This document shows, one piece after another, positions 29,456-42,667 of a DNA stretch of 51,144 bases. Origin of the DNA: an archaeon (lineage in GTDB: Archaea; AGJL01; Methanococci; Methanococcales; Methanocaldococcaceae); contig JAJRSC010000003.1 in assembly GCA_024278985.1 (NCBI GenBank), forward strand, positions 1 through 51,144, written 5' to 3'. The notes below the pieces were generated by a model. The model was not told the DNA's origin. It was given only the letters and a program-made list of their open reading frames with translations, and did no database searches. The first letter of the stretch is position 1. Each line of letters starts with the position of its first letter. The translations under genes were made by a program, and so were the position numbers.

Positions 29456-31219
29456 ATGGTTAAGGGTAGGATTATTAAAATTGCAGGTCCTGTTGTTATG
29501 GCTGAAGGAATGAAAGGAGCTCAGATGTATGAGGTTGTTAAAGTTGGAGAAGAAAAATTAACTGGAGAAATTATTCAGTTAAGAGATGATAAGGCAGTTA
29601 TTCAGGTTTATGAAGATACCACTGGAGTAAAACCAGGAGAACCTGTAGAAGGAACTGGCTCCCCTTTATCTGTTGAACTTGGTCCAGGTATGTTAAGGGC
29701 TATGTATGATGGTATCCAAAGACCTTTAACAGCAATAGAAGAAAAAACAGGTTCTATATTTATCCCAAGAGGTGTAGATGTTCCTGCATTACCAAGAGAC
29801 ATAAAATGGGAATTTAAACCTGTTGTTAAAGAAGGGGATTATGTTGAAGAAGGAGATATTATAGGAACTGTTCAAGAGACTCCTCCAATAGTTCATAAAA
29901 TATTAGTCCCAGTAGGAATTAAAGGGAAAATAACAGAGATAAAAGAAGGTAAATTTACAGTTGAGGATACTGTTGCTATTGTTGAAACTGATGATGGAGA
30001 GAAAGAAATTAAAATGATGCAAAAATGGCCTGTAAGAAAAGGAAGACCATTTAAAGAAAAATTACCTCCAAAAATACCAATGATAACAGGGCAAAGAGTT
30101 GAAGATACATTTTTCCCATTAGCTAAAGGAGGAACTGCTGCAATTCCAGGACCTTTTGGTAGTGGAAAAACAGTTACACAGCATCAATTAGCAAAATGGT
30201 CTGATGCTGATGTTGTTGTATATATTGGATGTGGAGAAAGAGGAAATGAAATGACTGAGGTTATTGAAGAGTTCCCACATATTAAATATAAGAAAGGAGA
30301 TAAAGAGATTATTTTAATGGACAGAACTGTTTTAATAGCAAACACTTCTAATATGCCAGTTGCAGCAAGAGAAGCATCTGTTTATACAGGAATTACAATT
30401 GCAGAATACTTTAGAGATATGGGTTATGGAGTTTTATTAACTGCTGACTCAACATCAAGATGGGCAGAAGCAATGAGAGAGATATCAGGAAGATTAGAAG
30501 AAATGCCTGGAGAAGAAGGATATCCTGCTTATTTAGCTTCAAGATTAGCACAATTCTATGAAAGAGCTGGAAGAGTTGTATGTTTAGGAAAAGATAACAG
30601 AGAAGGATTCGTTTCAATTGTCGGAGCTGTTTCTCCACCAGGAGGAGATTTTTCAGAGCCAGTTACATCCAACACTTTAAGAATTGTTAAAGTATTCTGG
30701 GCATTAGATGCTAATTTAGCAAGAAGAAGACACTTCCCTGCTATTAACTGGCTTATGAGTTATTCTTTATATGTTGATGATGTTACAGATTGGTGGAAAC
30801 AAAATACTGGACAAGATTGGAGAGATTTAAGAGATACAGCAATGTCTTTATTACAAAAAGAAGCTGAATTACAAGAAATTGTTCAATTAGTTGGACCTGA
30901 TGCACTTCCAGATAGAGAGAGAGTTATTTTAGAAGTTGCAAGAATGTTAAGAGAGGATTTCTTACAACAGGATGCATTTGATGAAGTTGATACTTACTGT
31001 CCTCCAATGAAACAGTATTTAATGTTAAAAATAATTATGACATTCTATGAAGAAGCATTAAAAGCTGTTGAGAGAGGTGTAGAACCATCTAAAATATTAT
31101 CAGTATCAGTAAAACAAGATATTGCAAGAATGAAATATATCCCACATGATGAATTTATAAATGTTAAGGCAAAAGAAATATTAGAAAAAGTTAAAAAAGA
31201 ACTCTCTTCTTTATCCTAA
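29456..31219 (+). CDS. atpA: A1Ao ATP synthase subunit A
   Basis: [33 protein letters not shown]; no intein. Confidence 0.98.
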   Translation: MVKGRIIKIAGPVVMAEGMKGAQMYEVVKVGEEKLTGEIIQLRDDKAVIQVYEDTTGVKPGEPVEGTGSPLSVELGPGMLRAMYDGIQRPLTAIEEKTGSIFIPRGVDVPALPRDIKWEFKPVVKEGDYVEEGDIIGTVQETPPIVHKILVPVGIKGKITEIKEGKFTVEDTVAIVETDDGEKEIKMMQKWPVRKGRPFKEKLPPKIPMITGQRVEDTFFPLAKGGTAAIPGPFGSGKTVTQHQLAKWSDADVVVYIGCGERGNEMTEVIEEFPHIKYKKGDKEIILMDRTVLIANTSNMPVAAREASVYTGITIAEYFRDMGYGVLLTADSTSRWAEAMREISGRLEEMPGEEGYPAYLASRLAQFYERAGRVVCLGKDNREGFVSIVGAVSPPGGDFSEPVTSNTLRIVKVFWALDANLARRRHFPAINWLMSYSLYVDDVTDWWKQNTGQDWRDLRDTAMSLLQKEAELQEIVQLVGPDALPDRERVILEVARMLREDFLQQDAFDEVDTYCPPMKQYLMLKIIMTFYEEALKAVERGVEPSKILSVSVKQDIARMKYIPHDEFINVKAKEILEKVKKELSSLS

Positions 31220-31256
31220 ATTAACTCTTTAAAAATTTTGTTAAGGTGAAAATAAT

Positions 31257-32651
31257 ATGGCAGTTGCTAAGGATGCAATTGAATACACTTCAGTAAAAAG
31301 TATTGCTGGTCCTTTGTTAATTGTTGAAGGAGTTGAAGGAGCAGCATATGGAGAAATTGTTGAAGTTATTTGTCCTGATGGAGAAAAAAGAATGGGGCAA
31401 GTTTTAGAGGCAAGGGATGGGTTGGCAGTTGTTCAGGTTTTTGAAGGTACAACTGGTTTAAATACTGAAAATACAAAAGTAAGATTTACTGGTAAAACTG
31501 CTAAAATTGGAGTATCTACTGAAATGCTTGGAAGAATATTTAATGGTAGAGGTAAACCTATAGATGGAGGTCCAGAAATAGTTCCTGAGATGGAGTTAGA
31601 TATTAATGGATATCCTTTAAATCCTGTCTCAAGAAAATTCCCAGAAGATTTTATACAAACAGGGATATCAACAATTGATGGGATGAATACATTAGTTAGA
31701 GGTCAGAAATTACCAATATTTTCAGGTTCAGGATTGCCACATAATCAATTAGCTGCTCAAATAGCAAGACAGGCAAAAGTTAGAGGAGAAGGAGAAAAGT
31801 TTGCTGTTGTTTTTGCAGCAATGGGTATAACATCTGAAGAAGCAAACTTCTTTATGGAAGAGTTTAGAAGAACTGGAGCATTAGAGAGGGCCGTAGTTTT
31901 CATTAATTTAGCTAACGACCCTGCAATAGAGAGAATTCTAACTCCAAGAATGGCACTAACTGTTGCAGAATATTTAGCATTTGAAAAAGATATGCACGTT
32001 CTTGTTATATTGACAGATATGACAAACTACTGTGAAGCATTGAGAGAAATTTCTGCAGCAAGAAATGAAGTTCCGGGTAGAAGAGGGTATCCTGGATATA
32101 TGTATACTGACTTAGCAACAATATATGAGAGAGCAGGAAGAGTTAAAAATAAAAAAGGAACTATAACACAAATACCAATATTAACCATGCCAGATGATGA
32201 TATAACCCATCCAATTCCTGATTTAACAGGGTATATTACAGAGGGACAAATTGTTTTATCAAGAGAACTTCACAGAAAGGGTATATACCCACCTATTGAT
32301 GTCCTACCTTCATTATCAAGATTAGCAGGAAGTGGGCAAGGTCCAGGAAAAACAAGAGAAGACCATAAAAAAGTTGTTAATCAGGCATATGCTGCTTATG
32401 CAGAAGGTAGAAGTTTAAGAGACTTAGTTGCAGTTGTTGGAGAAGAAGCTTTAACAGAAAGAGATAAAGCATATTTAAGATTTGCAGATGAATTTGAAAA
32501 GAAATTTGTTAATCAGGGAGATGAAGATAGAAGTATTGAGGAAACTTTAGATTTACTTTGGGAATTATTGGCTATCTTACCATTAGAAGAATTGAAAAGA
32601 GTAGATGAAGAACTTATTAAAAAGTATCATCCAAAATTCAGAAAAAAATAA
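31257..32651 (+). CDS. atpB: A1Ao ATP synthase subunit B
   Basis: [30 protein letters not shown] and [18 protein letters not shown] motifs. Confidence 0.98.
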   Translation: MAVAKDAIEYTSVKSIAGPLLIVEGVEGAAYGEIVEVICPDGEKRMGQVLEARDGLAVVQVFEGTTGLNTENTKVRFTGKTAKIGVSTEMLGRIFNGRGKPIDGGPEIVPEMELDINGYPLNPVSRKFPEDFIQTGISTIDGMNTLVRGQKLPIFSGSGLPHNQLAAQIARQAKVRGEGEKFAVVFAAMGITSEEANFFMEEFRRTGALERAVVFINLANDPAIERILTPRMALTVAEYLAFEKDMHVLVILTDMTNYCEALREISAARNEVPGRRGYPGYMYTDLATIYERAGRVKNKKGTITQIPILTMPDDDITHPIPDLTGYITEGQIVLSRELHRKGIYPPIDVLPSLSRLAGSGQGPGKTREDHKKVVNQAYAAYAEGRSLRDLVAVVGEEALTERDKAYLRFADEFEKKFVNQGDEDRSIEETLDLLWELLAILPLEELKRVDEELIKKYHPKFRKK

Positions 32652-32653
32652 TA

Positions 32654-33434
<781 letters not shown>

Positions 33435-33447
33435 TTAGTCTCACAAT

Positions 33448-35046
33448 TTAAAATTTTTTTAAATATTCTTCAATATCATATTCTACTTTTTTAAAGGTTA
33501 TTTTATCATCTTTAATAACTATATTCCCCCTCCACTCATCTTTAGTTTCTGGAAAATCTTCTCTATAATGTGCTCCTCTACTCTCTTCTCTATACAATGC
33601 TGATTTACATACCAACTTAGCAGTAGTTAATAAATTTTTAAGTTCATAATATTTTTGTAAATCAACAACACCGAAAATTTTTACATCATCTAAAAGAGAT
33701 TCTATTTTTTTAATTTCTTTTAAAGCATAATTTAACTTTTCTTTATTTCTTATTATTGAAACATTTTCCCACATAATATTTTTTAATTTATCTAATAAGT
33801 TGTAGATGTTTAATTCTCCATCTCTATTTATATCCTTTATTTTAACATCAAAAATTTCTAACTCATTATTTTCAGCATATATTTTAGCTGATTTTCCTGC
33901 AATTGCTCCAAATACTTGAGTATCTGCAAGTGCATTTCCTCCCAGCCTATTAGCCCCATGAATTCCTCCTGCAACTTCTCCACAAGCAAATAGTCCCTCT
34001 ATATTTGTTCTACAATACTCATCTATTTTTAATCCTCCCATAAAATGGTGGGCTGTTGGAGATACAAGCATTGGCTCCTTTCTTATATCTATTCCCAATC
34101 TTAAAAATTGCTTAAAAGTAGTTTCTAATCTTTTTTCAATTATCTCTTTAGGTAAATGAGATATATCTAAATATACTCCTCCATTAATTCCTCTACCTTC
34201 AATTATTTCTTTATAAATAGCTCTTGCAACAATATCCCTTGTAGATAGTTCCATTCTTTCCTTGTCATACCTCTCCATAAATCTTTCTCCATACCTATTA
34301 TATAATCTTCCTCCTTCTCCTCTAACTGCTTCAGTAACTAAAATACCCTTTCCAGCTATTCCAGTAGGATGAAACTGAACCATCTCCATATCTATTAGTT
34401 CAGCTCCTTCATTATATGCTATAGCAAATCCATCCCCAGTTTTTTGTATAGGGTTAGATGTTATAGGATACAGTTGTCCAGCTCCTCCAGTTGCTAAAAT
34501 TGTGGATTTGGCATATATAGGGAAGAGATTTCCATTATTTAAATCTAAGAAAATGGCACCATAACACTTTCCATTTTTAACTATTAATTTTATTGCCATA
34601 ACATCCTCTAAAATCTTAACTCTATCAAATTTATTTAAATATTCTAATAATGAAGAAATAATTTCATGTCCAGTTCTATCTCCAGAATAACATGTTCTGT
34701 TAAAACTTTGCCCACCAAAAGGTCTTTGAGCAATAAATCCATTTTTTCTGTCAAAAATAGCCCCATACTTTTCTAAATTTATTAATTCTTTAGGAGCATT
34801 TCTTACTAAAATCTCGACAAGTTTAGGATTATTTATAAAACCGCCTCCTTTTATAGTATCATAAAAATGTTTTTTAAAACTATCCTTTGGATTAAAAACA
34901 GCATTATATCCACCTTCAGCCATAATAGTACATCCACTTTTTCCTAACAATCCTTTAACAGCAATAATAACATTTAAATTTTTACATTCTATTGCTGCTC
35001 TTAAGCCTGCTCCCCCTCCACCAATAATAAGGACATCAGTTATCAT
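33448..35046 (-). CDS. tfrA: Thiol (CoM/CoB):fumarate reductase flavoprotein subunit A
   Basis: GGGGAG FAD site, [33 protein letters not shown] and ESRGAH motifs. Confidence 0.9.
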   Translation of the reverse strand: MITDVLIIGGGGAGLRAAIECKNLNVIIAVKGLLGKSGCTIMAEGGYNAVFNPKDSFKKHFYDTIKGGGFINNPKLVEILVRNAPKELINLEKYGAIFDRKNGFIAQRPFGGQSFNRTCYSGDRTGHEIISSLLEYLNKFDRVKILEDVMAIKLIVKNGKCYGAIFLDLNNGNLFPIYAKSTILATGGAGQLYPITSNPIQKTGDGFAIAYNEGAELIDMEMVQFHPTGIAGKGILVTEAVRGEGGRLYNRYGERFMERYDKERMELSTRDIVARAIYKEIIEGRGINGGVYLDISHLPKEIIEKRLETTFKQFLRLGIDIRKEPMLVSPTAHHFMGGLKIDEYCRTNIEGLFACGEVAGGIHGANRLGGNALADTQVFGAIAGKSAKIYAENNELEIFDVKIKDINRDGELNIYNLLDKLKNIMWENVSIIRNKEKLNYALKEIKKIESLLDDVKIFGVVDLQKYYELKNLLTTAKLVCKSALYREESRGAHYREDFPETKDEWRGNIVIKDDKITFKKVEYDIEEYLKKF

Positions 35047-35714
35047 TTTTCCACTAATTTAGCTCTCTTAATATTATAAACTCCCCAAGTATCATGCCAT
35101 ACTATTTCTGCCTCTTCTATTTTTATCCTTTTTTTAAAGACAGGGGAATCTAAAACAAAAGTCTCTGCTTCTCCACCTTCAAATGCTTTATGAATTCCAT
35201 ATTTTTCACAGATTTTTAAAATCTTGTCAATATTACTTTTATCTATTCTTTTTCCCAGCCATTCTTTTCCTAATCCATAGGCATAAACCCCTACAATTAT
35301 AACCTCAAATAACTCAGAAACAGTTCTTAAAATCCATTCTGGATTTTTATTCCATAGTGGAGAGAATGATTTAATATTTAACTCTTTACAAATTTTGTCT
35401 ATTCTATCCTTTTGATATTTACTTGCAATTGCTCCAGTTACAACACCATCAATATCAAGCTCTTTTAAACCTTCTTTTAAATCATTAACCTCTTTTTCTT
35501 TTTCTCCTTTTGTATATATTTTTATTAAAGGAATACCAACAGCTTTAGAACTTAACTCAGTTAAATGAACATTTGGGATATGGAACATATAACTCTCTTT
35601 ATTTTCACTTTCAACATTTACAAGATATTTAACATTAAGCCCTTTCTCTTTTATAGCCCAATATAATGCATAGTTAGAATCTTTACCTCCAGAATAGAGA
35701 ACAGCAACATCCAT
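35043..35714 (-). CDS. dph6: Diphthine--ammonia ligase family PP-loop ATPase
   Basis: SGGKDS, SYMFH, GAIAS.YQ, PLW and EGGE.ET motifs. Confidence 0.85.
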   Translation of the reverse strand: MDVAVLYSGGKDSNYALYWAIKEKGLNVKYLVNVESENKESYMFHIPNVHLTELSSKAVGIPLIKIYTKGEKEKEVNDLKEGLKELDIDGVVTGAIASKYQKDRIDKICKELNIKSFSPLWNKNPEWILRTVSELFEVIIVGVYAYGLGKEWLGKRIDKSNIDKILKICEKYGIHKAFEGGEAETFVLDSPVFKKRIKIEEAEIVWHDTWGVYNIKRAKLVEK

Positions 35715-35742
35715 ATATTTTCACCAAAAAATAACAAAAAAT

Positions 35743-36480
35743 TTATAATTCAGTTATTTTAATGGCATTTGTTGGACAAATTTGCTCACATTTTCCACAG
35801 TATATACATTTATCTTTTAATATTTTAATTTTATTTAAATCCTGTTCTATAGCATTTACAGGACATACTTCCATACATACAAAGCAACCAACACATAAAT
35901 TTTTATCTACTTCAATATCCTTAGTTTTTATAACTTCTCCTAACTCCCTCTCAACTTTTATAACCTTTCTTGGACAAACTTCCTGACAAGCACCACAACC
36001 AATACATAAATTTAAATTAATGTTGAAACTTTTTTTTCTCTCAACTTTTATAGCTTTTGTAGGACAAAACTTTTCACAAATTCCACATTTTCCACATTTT
36101 TCTAAATCAATATGATATTTCTTTAATCTAATAATTCTGTGAGGTATTTCTTTTTCATATATATTATATACTACTTTATTATCCTTAATCTCTGCCTTAC
36201 ATTCAACAACATAAATTGCTCCAACAGGACAAGTTTGAGCACATATTTCACATTTAACACAATTATCTTTTATCTTAGCAGGTCTTTTTATTTTAGCTTT
36301 TTCAATGGCATTTATAGGACATTCATAATAACAAAGATTACATCTTATACATTTTTTTTCTGAAATATAGATTTCTTTATAATATATAGGTTTAAGATTG
36401 TGGGCAATATCAGAAAGATATGAAAAAGAATCATCAAAATCTTTTAATATTTCTTTTAAATCTTTTTCAATTTTTATCAA
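35743..36480 (-). CDS. Polyferredoxin, 6x[4Fe-4S]
   Basis: Six CxxCxxCxxxCP motifs. Confidence 0.93.
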   Translation of the reverse strand: MIKIEKDLKEILKDFDDSFSYLSDIAHNLKPIYYKEIYISEKKCIRCNLCYYECPINAIEKAKIKRPAKIKDNCVKCEICAQTCPVGAIYVVECKAEIKDNKVVYNIYEKEIPHRIIRLKKYHIDLEKCGKCGICEKFCPTKAIKVERKKSFNINLNLCIGCGACQEVCPRKVIKVERELGEVIKTKDIEVDKNLCVGCFVCMEVCPVNAIEQDLNKIKILKDKCIYCGKCEQICPTNAIKITEL

Positions 36481-36503
36481 TTTAATTCACCTAAAAAATT
36501 TAT

Positions 36504-36878
36504 TTAAATATTTTTAATATATTTTAAAATATCAAAAACTGATAAAGTTCCAACAACTTCCTCCCTATCATTAATTACTGGATAGGCAATATCTTCATTT
36601 TTTATCATTTCCTCTATTAGTTCATCAGTGATTTCATCATTTTCATTTAATATTTTTATTTCATCTAAAAATAGCATTAAATCCTCAATTTTTGAATGCT
36701 TACATCCAGCCAATAAATCTAAAGTTGTTATCCAACCTACTAATTTTCCATCTTCTACAACAGGAGCATAATTTTTTCTTTCTCTATAGAGACAATTAAC
36801 TACCTCTCCACCTATATCAAAAGGTGATACTTTAATAAAATTTTTGTTCATAACATCTTTAACTTTCATATATTCCAC
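36504..36878 (-). CDS. Stand-alone CBS-pair protein
   Basis: KVKDVM, PVV.DGKLVG.IT..D and PVI....VVG.LS..D motifs. Confidence 0.9.
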   Translation of the reverse strand: MEYMKVKDVMNKNFIKVSPFDIGGEVVNCLYRERKNYAPVVEDGKLVGWITTLDLLAGCKHSKIEDLMLFLDEIKILNENDEITDELIEEMIKNEDIAYPVINDREEVVGTLSVFDILKYIKNI

Positions 36879-36959
36879 ACAATTAAATTATTACTAAATT
36901 TTTTATGTTATATCTTACTTATATTTTTAATTCTAATATATTATATTTGGTGGTGTATA

Positions 36960-37526
36960 ATGAAAAAATATCTTTTTCTCTTAGGAATAATTTTTCTTAT
37001 GTTTTCTGGTTGTTTAGAAAAACCAGAGATTAAATATCTTGGAAGTGAAATTAAAGAAAATGGAGATATAACAAATGTAAATATAAAGATATATATAAAT
37101 AATCCAAATTCTATAGGAGTTGAAATTAAAAAAATATCATTAAATATATATGCATTGGTAAATAATGAGGAAATATTTATTGGTCATGGTGAAAAAAGTA
37201 ACATAAAAATAGAAAGTGGGGATAACTACATAACAATCCCTATAAATATATCTAATAAAAAAATTGTTGAAATATTTTTAAAAACTAAAAATGAGAAATT
37301 ACCTATCCTTATAAAAGGAAATATTAGTATTAATTTATTCATAACAGATATTAATATACCAATCAATATTAGGGAAGATATAGATATCTCACAAATAGTA
37401 AAACAACAAATTGAGACTAAATTAGAGAGTGTAAATAATATAACAAATGAAGAAATAAATAAGAACTTGAATATTTCTAAATTAAACAACACACAACTAC
37501 AGAAATTAATTAGTCAAATAAAATAA
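36960..37526 (+). CDS. LEA type 2 (WHy) domain lipoprotein
   Basis: Lipobox MFSGC, I.NPN...+.I motif, beta-rich pattern. Confidence 0.8.
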   Translation: MKKYLFLLGIIFLMFSGCLEKPEIKYLGSEIKENGDITNVNIKIYINNPNSIGVEIKKISLNIYALVNNEEIFIGHGEKSNIKIESGDNYITIPINISNKKIVEIFLKTKNEKLPILIKGNISINLFITDINIPINIREDIDISQIVKQQIETKLESVNNITNEEINKNLNISKLNNTQLQKLISQIK

Positions 37527-37536
37527 ATATTTACAA

Positions 37537-38405
37537 TTAGAATACTGAATTATATACTTTTTTAGCTTTCCATTTTAAATAATAATTTCCTAAAACTCCA
37601 GTAACAATTGGTAAAGGAGTAGAGACATAAATTAATCCACTTAATATAGCTAACAATTTTTTAGATAATTTTATATCCAAATCATTCAGCTGATTTTTAG
37701 CAATAAAAGATTCAACCAAGTCTTTTTCAGCTTTATAAACAACTTTATAACTCCATAAAACTATCTGATACAATGGTGTAGGTCTTCCAAAAAATGTAGT
37801 TTTTCTTTTTTTTATTGCTCTATATAAATCATCTTCACAATTTCCCTCAAATAATGTATATGCATTTCCAACCATCATAGATAAATGAGCATCACTATTT
37901 CCAATAAAAGCAACTGGCTTTTTATGATAATTTTCTATAACTTTTGTTAATGCTATATTGTTTATTATCCCATCTCTATGATAGGCATTAAAAACTTCTA
38001 CTCCATCAATATCCAACTCAAATATCTTATCTCTCAAGCTTTTACATATTGGACTGTATGGATGTGGTGCAATAACTAATCCATCCTGTTCTCTAATTCT
38101 TTCAATAGTCTCTTCAGCAGATAAACCTTTTGGAATTTCTTCATTTAGGAATAGTCCAATAATCTCTCCATCTTTAGTCATTATTTCAGAGCCAACAATA
38201 ACCTCAATTCCAAATTCCTTACTAATTTTTTTCCCTCTATTCCCCCCCTAATAGTGTTATGGTCAGTTATTGCAATAATATCAATATTCTTTTTTTTTGC
38301 ATATTTTAGAATATTTCTTGGTTCTTCAACAGAGTCATAATATCTTAATTTCCAATAACCACCAATTCCAGAGTATTTTGAATGTATATGTAAATCAGCC
38401 TTCAT
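37537..38405 (-). pseudogene. PHP-domain metal-dependent phosphoesterase, frameshifted (one base short)
   Basis: DLHIH/ITDHN half and HP/EVFN/GNSDAH half join as EGKKISKEFGIEVIVGSEIMT if the A7 run (38226-38232) is A8; may be a sequencing error. Confidence 0.85.
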
Positions 38406-39826
38406 AATATCCCAAAGAGTTTTGTGACATTGGGAATTTTTTCAATTACTTCCAATGGAGTATAATTAAATCCCTTCTCTTTTAGTAATAAATCTCCTGC
38501 ATATCCAATTATAAAAGCTGAACAGCATGCTGATAAAAATGCTTCATTTTTAGTAAATAATGCCCCTGTTAATCCTGCTAATATATCCCCTGTCCCTCCT
38601 TTAGTTAATCCTGAGTTTCCAGTTTTATTAATTTTTATTTTTTCATAGTTAAATATTATATCATATCTTCCTTTTAAAAGTATTGTTGATTTTAAATTTT
38701 TAAGATTATACTTTATATATTCATATTCTTTTTTATGTGGAGTAAAGATAAATCTATCCTCAAAATTGAAATTATCATAATTAATAAGTTTTATAGCATC
38801 TGCATCAATAACTACCTTCTTACTATATCTCTTTAAAAATTCATTAACAAATTTTTTAGTTTCATTATTCAATCCTAAACCATTTCCTAAAACAACAACA
38901 TCATATTTTTCAGCTATTTCTAAAATATCATCAATATAATCAACAGATAAATATTTCTCCCCAACTTTATAATATATAAATTCTGGATGATTTGCTTTTT
39001 TTGTAACTTCCTTAACAGATAAAATTCCAACAATATCAACAAATTTTAAAGCACTTAGTCCTGCTAATATTGGAGCTCCATAAAACTCTCTACTTCCTCC
39101 AATAATTAAAACCTTACCATTTTTTCCTTTATACTCTCCCCTTTTTTTATTTAATGCCCTTAAATCACCAAATCCAACAATATACTCAGCTAACTTAGGA
39201 ATTCCAATATCTTTAACTATTGGTTCCTTTTTATTAATTGTTTTTTTCTTATGGAATGTTATAGTTAAATCACTTTTCAAATTTCCAGTTTCAACATCTA
39301 CACTTACAATAAATAAATTTTTATTCTTCTCTTTAGCTTTGTTTAATTTCTCTACAATTGTTTTAAATGGCTCTCTTAGTTCTCCTCTAACACCAGTTCC
39401 AAGCATAGCATCAACAACTAAAACCTTATCTTTTTCAATAATCTTAAAAATATCTTCCTTTATTTCTCTACCTTCAATAATATTAATAACTCCAAACTCA
39501 GCCAAATTTTTTAATATTCTAAAATTTTCTCTTGCTTCATATTATTTTATTTCTTCCTCTTTTCCCAAGAGAATAACTGTTCCTCTCTGTAAGAATCTTG
39601 CAACTACAAAACCATCTCCACCATTGTTTCCTGTTCCACAAAAAATAAATATTTTTCCATTAAAATCTTTAATTTCATCATAAACTGCTTTTCCAGCATT
39701 TTCCATTAATTGTAGTTTTGAAATTCCAAGATATTCAGCATTATCATCAATAATAGTCATCTCTTCTGGGGTAATAACCTCTCTTTCCTTAATTTTACTT
39801 TTTAGTTCATTAAATAAGTCCATCAT
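38402..39826 (-). pseudogene. nnr: Bifunctional NAD(P)H-hydrate epimerase/dehydratase with in-frame TAA
   Basis: LMENAG, GNNGGDG, DA.LGTG, GGS....GA, DADA, TPH..E and GGTGD.LAG motifs; reads EEEIK*YEARENF across TAA at 39542-39544. Confidence 0.88.
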
Positions 39827-41149
39827 TTTCCATCTCCTTTATTACTTTTTTTACTAATTCTCTACCTTTGTCCAATAGATATTTAGCAAGTTCTTTATTT
39901 TTTGCTTCTACTCTTATCCTAATATAAGGCTCTGTTCCAGAAGGCCTTATTAATATCCAACCATCTTCTAAGTCAAATCTTGCCCCATCAACTGTTTCAG
40001 GCGGTACTTTAAAAATTTTTTCTCCTTCTTCTATTACTCTTTCCATTACTTTAGATTTTAAAAACTCCTCACAATGTACTTTATCCCTAATATTTATATA
40101 ACTTGGTATTTTATCAATAAGAGAACTTATTGGAGAATCATAAAATTCTAACATTTCTAAAATTCTTAATCCACTTAATATTCCATCAGGTGTTAAGTGA
40201 ATATCCCCATGTATCCAGGTTCCACTTGGCTCTCCTCCAAATTTTGCATTTACCTTCTCCATCTTTTCAGCTACAGCAACATCTCCAACTCTTGTCCTAT
40301 ATATCTTAACATTCAAATCTTCTAAATATCTATCTAAAATTATAGAAGCATCTACAGTTGTAACAATTTTTTTTATATTGTATTTCTCAGCTAAAAATCT
40401 ACAAAATAAAGCTAATAATTTATCAAAATCTACAAATCTACCTTTTTCATCTATTACTCCAATTCTATCAGCATCTCCATCATGAACTAACCCTATCCAA
40501 CCCAATGATTTAACAATTTTTATAGTCTCTAAAAGATAATTTTTATCTGGTTCTGGAATTCTAAAAAATTTACCATCAATATGAGCATTTATAGATAAAC
40601 TCTATTACCAAGTAAATTTAATAACTTTGGAGAGACCAAAGAACCTGCTCCATTTGCAGTATCTAAAATAACATTAAAATTTTTATTTAAATCAATATTG
40701 TTTAATATAAACTCAATATATCTTTTTATTGCCTGATTATCATTATAATATTCTCCAACATTTTCCCAATTTACTGGAAAATCTTTGTTTATATTGTCTT
40801 CTATTTCTCTTTCTTGATTTTTATTAAAAGCAATTCCATTTTTATTAAAAAGTTTAATTCCATTGTATTCTGGAGGGTTATGTGAAGCAGTTATCATAAC
40901 TCCAACATTATAATATCTTGTATTAAATCCTAAAACAGGAGTAGGAACTATTCCAGTTATTATACTATTTCCACCACTTTGTAATATTCCAGACACTAAT
41001 GAACTCTCTAACATCTTCCCTGTTGTTCTTGTGTCTCTTCCTATAACAACATCCTTAAATTTTTCTCCTAATACTAACCCTACTTTATAGGCAATTTTTG
41101 GAGGTAGATTCTTTAATCTTATCCCAGAAGTTCCAAAGAGTTTTATCAC
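39810..41149 (-). pseudogene. glmM: Phosphoglucosamine mutase (phosphohexomutase), frameshifted (one base short)
   Basis: LFGTSGIR, ITASHNP, DGDADR, GEPSG and RPSGTEP motifs; frame changes at ~40597 (NRV/SINAHIDG..PEP); GTG start at 41149 overlaps the upstream TGA. Confidence 0.87.
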
Positions 41150-42591
41150 TTTATCATACCTCTCTCTTTTTGCCATTTAATTCTTAAATTTAATATACAT
41201 GGTCCTCCTCTATTTCCACCAATTGGAACCTTTGGAGTTCCTAAACAGTTCATACATCTTGCCATTACAGATGCCCCTAACGCTAAACCATCCTCTACAA
41301 ATACAACATTCTCCTCAACCTTATCCCAAATATTTAATTCTTTTAATTTTTCTATTATAATCTCTGGTTTTTTTCCAGAAATTCCAGCTCTTCCAGTTAT
41401 ACCCAATGCTGTTTTTTTAGTTATTAAATTTTTATCTTTAGCCAATTTTACCAATCTATATACAACATCAGCCATAACATAATCAAGACATAAAAGTAGA
41501 GTAGAGATATTACTTTTTTCTACTAACTCCTTACCCAATTCAGTTAATTTATAAAGTTTATCTCCATTGTTTCCAACATCACAGCCTAATAATGTAGTTC
41601 CTGCTTTCTTAGCTGCTTCAGTATCTACTGGAACAGTTCCAAATCTTTTAACACCATCAGGCACTTCATCAATAGTAATATACTTATGTATTTTTTCAGC
41701 ATATTCTTTAGCAATTTTTTCATTTGCTTTTCCATCTGGTTTTAAATCTAATACTGCTCCAGTTTTTTTATCAATCTTTCCAGAACCTCTCGCAATACTA
41801 TCAGCAATAGCTCCGGCTAATCCACATAAGTTACCTATAACTTTAGCATATGGTAGCGAGTCGTTGGTTATTCTGCCTGCTAAAGTTGTCCCAAAATCAA
41901 TACTCATGCAAGGATTTCTAAAATCTACAAAAGTCCATTTACTACCAACTTTAATTCCAGCAGTAACAAGTTCTCCCTCCATTTCATTAGCAACAACTTC
42001 CTTTCCAGTAGGTGGAAGAACACCAGTAACAGCTCCATCAAAGATAATTTTATCTAAAAAAGAATATTTATCAAATGGTTTAGGTAGTTGTTCCTTAGTC
42101 ATTGCTGGAGTCATCTTATTAGGAGGAACTCCTGCAAGCATACAACCCTGAGCTAAAGCAATAATAACCTCAGAAACTTCTTCAGGAGAAGCAAATCCAG
42201 CAGTAACTCCAGTACTTCTAACAACAAAATGTAAATCATCAACTGTTAATCCAGCTTTTTTTAAACTCTCTAATAGAACATCCCTAACCATTTCTGCAAC
42301 TGCCTCTCTTGATAACTCAACTCCCCATAATGTTTTACCAAAAACTTTTTCTCCTTTCTTAGGTTTTCTAACATCTCTTGTCATTCTAACATACTTACTA
42401 ATAATATATGTCCTTCCTGTGTCCATATTTGTAGCCGTTATAATGGATTTTGTTGTTGTATTCCCTAACTCCACAGAAGCAACAATATAGTAAGGGTTCT
42501 TTTTTAGTTCTAATAAATCAACCTTTTGAGACTTAGCATATGCTATATTAGGTTTCTTTTTAAATAAATTCTTCAAAAAATCAAAAACCAT
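41146..42591 (-). CDS. Methanogenesis marker protein 14
   Basis: SVELGNTTTK, FVVRSTGV.AG, ANEMEG, DFGTTLAG and ARCMN.LGTP..P.GG..G..C motifs. Confidence 0.88.
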   Translation of the reverse strand: MVFDFLKNLFKKKPNIAYAKSQKVDLLELKKNPYYIVASVELGNTTTKSIITATNMDTGRTYIISKYVRMTRDVRKPKKGEKVFGKTLWGVELSREAVAEMVRDVLLESLKKAGLTVDDLHFVVRSTGVTAGFASPEEVSEVIIALAQGCMLAGVPPNKMTPAMTKEQLPKPFDKYSFLDKIIFDGAVTGVLPPTGKEVVANEMEGELVTAGIKVGSKWTFVDFRNPCMSIDFGTTLAGRITNDSLPYAKVIGNLCGLAGAIADSIARGSGKIDKKTGAVLDLKPDGKANEKIAKEYAEKIHKYITIDEVPDGVKRFGTVPVDTEAAKKAGTTLLGCDVGNNGDKLYKLTELGKELVEKSNISTLLLCLDYVMADVVYRLVKLAKDKNLITKKTALGITGRAGISGKKPEIIIEKLKELNIWDKVEENVVFVEDGLALGASVMARCMNCLGTPKVPIGGNRGGPCILNLRIKWQKERGMIK

Positions 42592-42667
42592 TATTCTCCC
42601 TCAGATTTATTATTATATTATTAAAAATTATTATTAGAATAATATTTAAAAATATTTTTTAATGATA

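Noticed and set aside
19571-31219. Inteins in MCM or AtpA
   Set aside because: Both proteins are of normal length with uninterrupted P-loop regions
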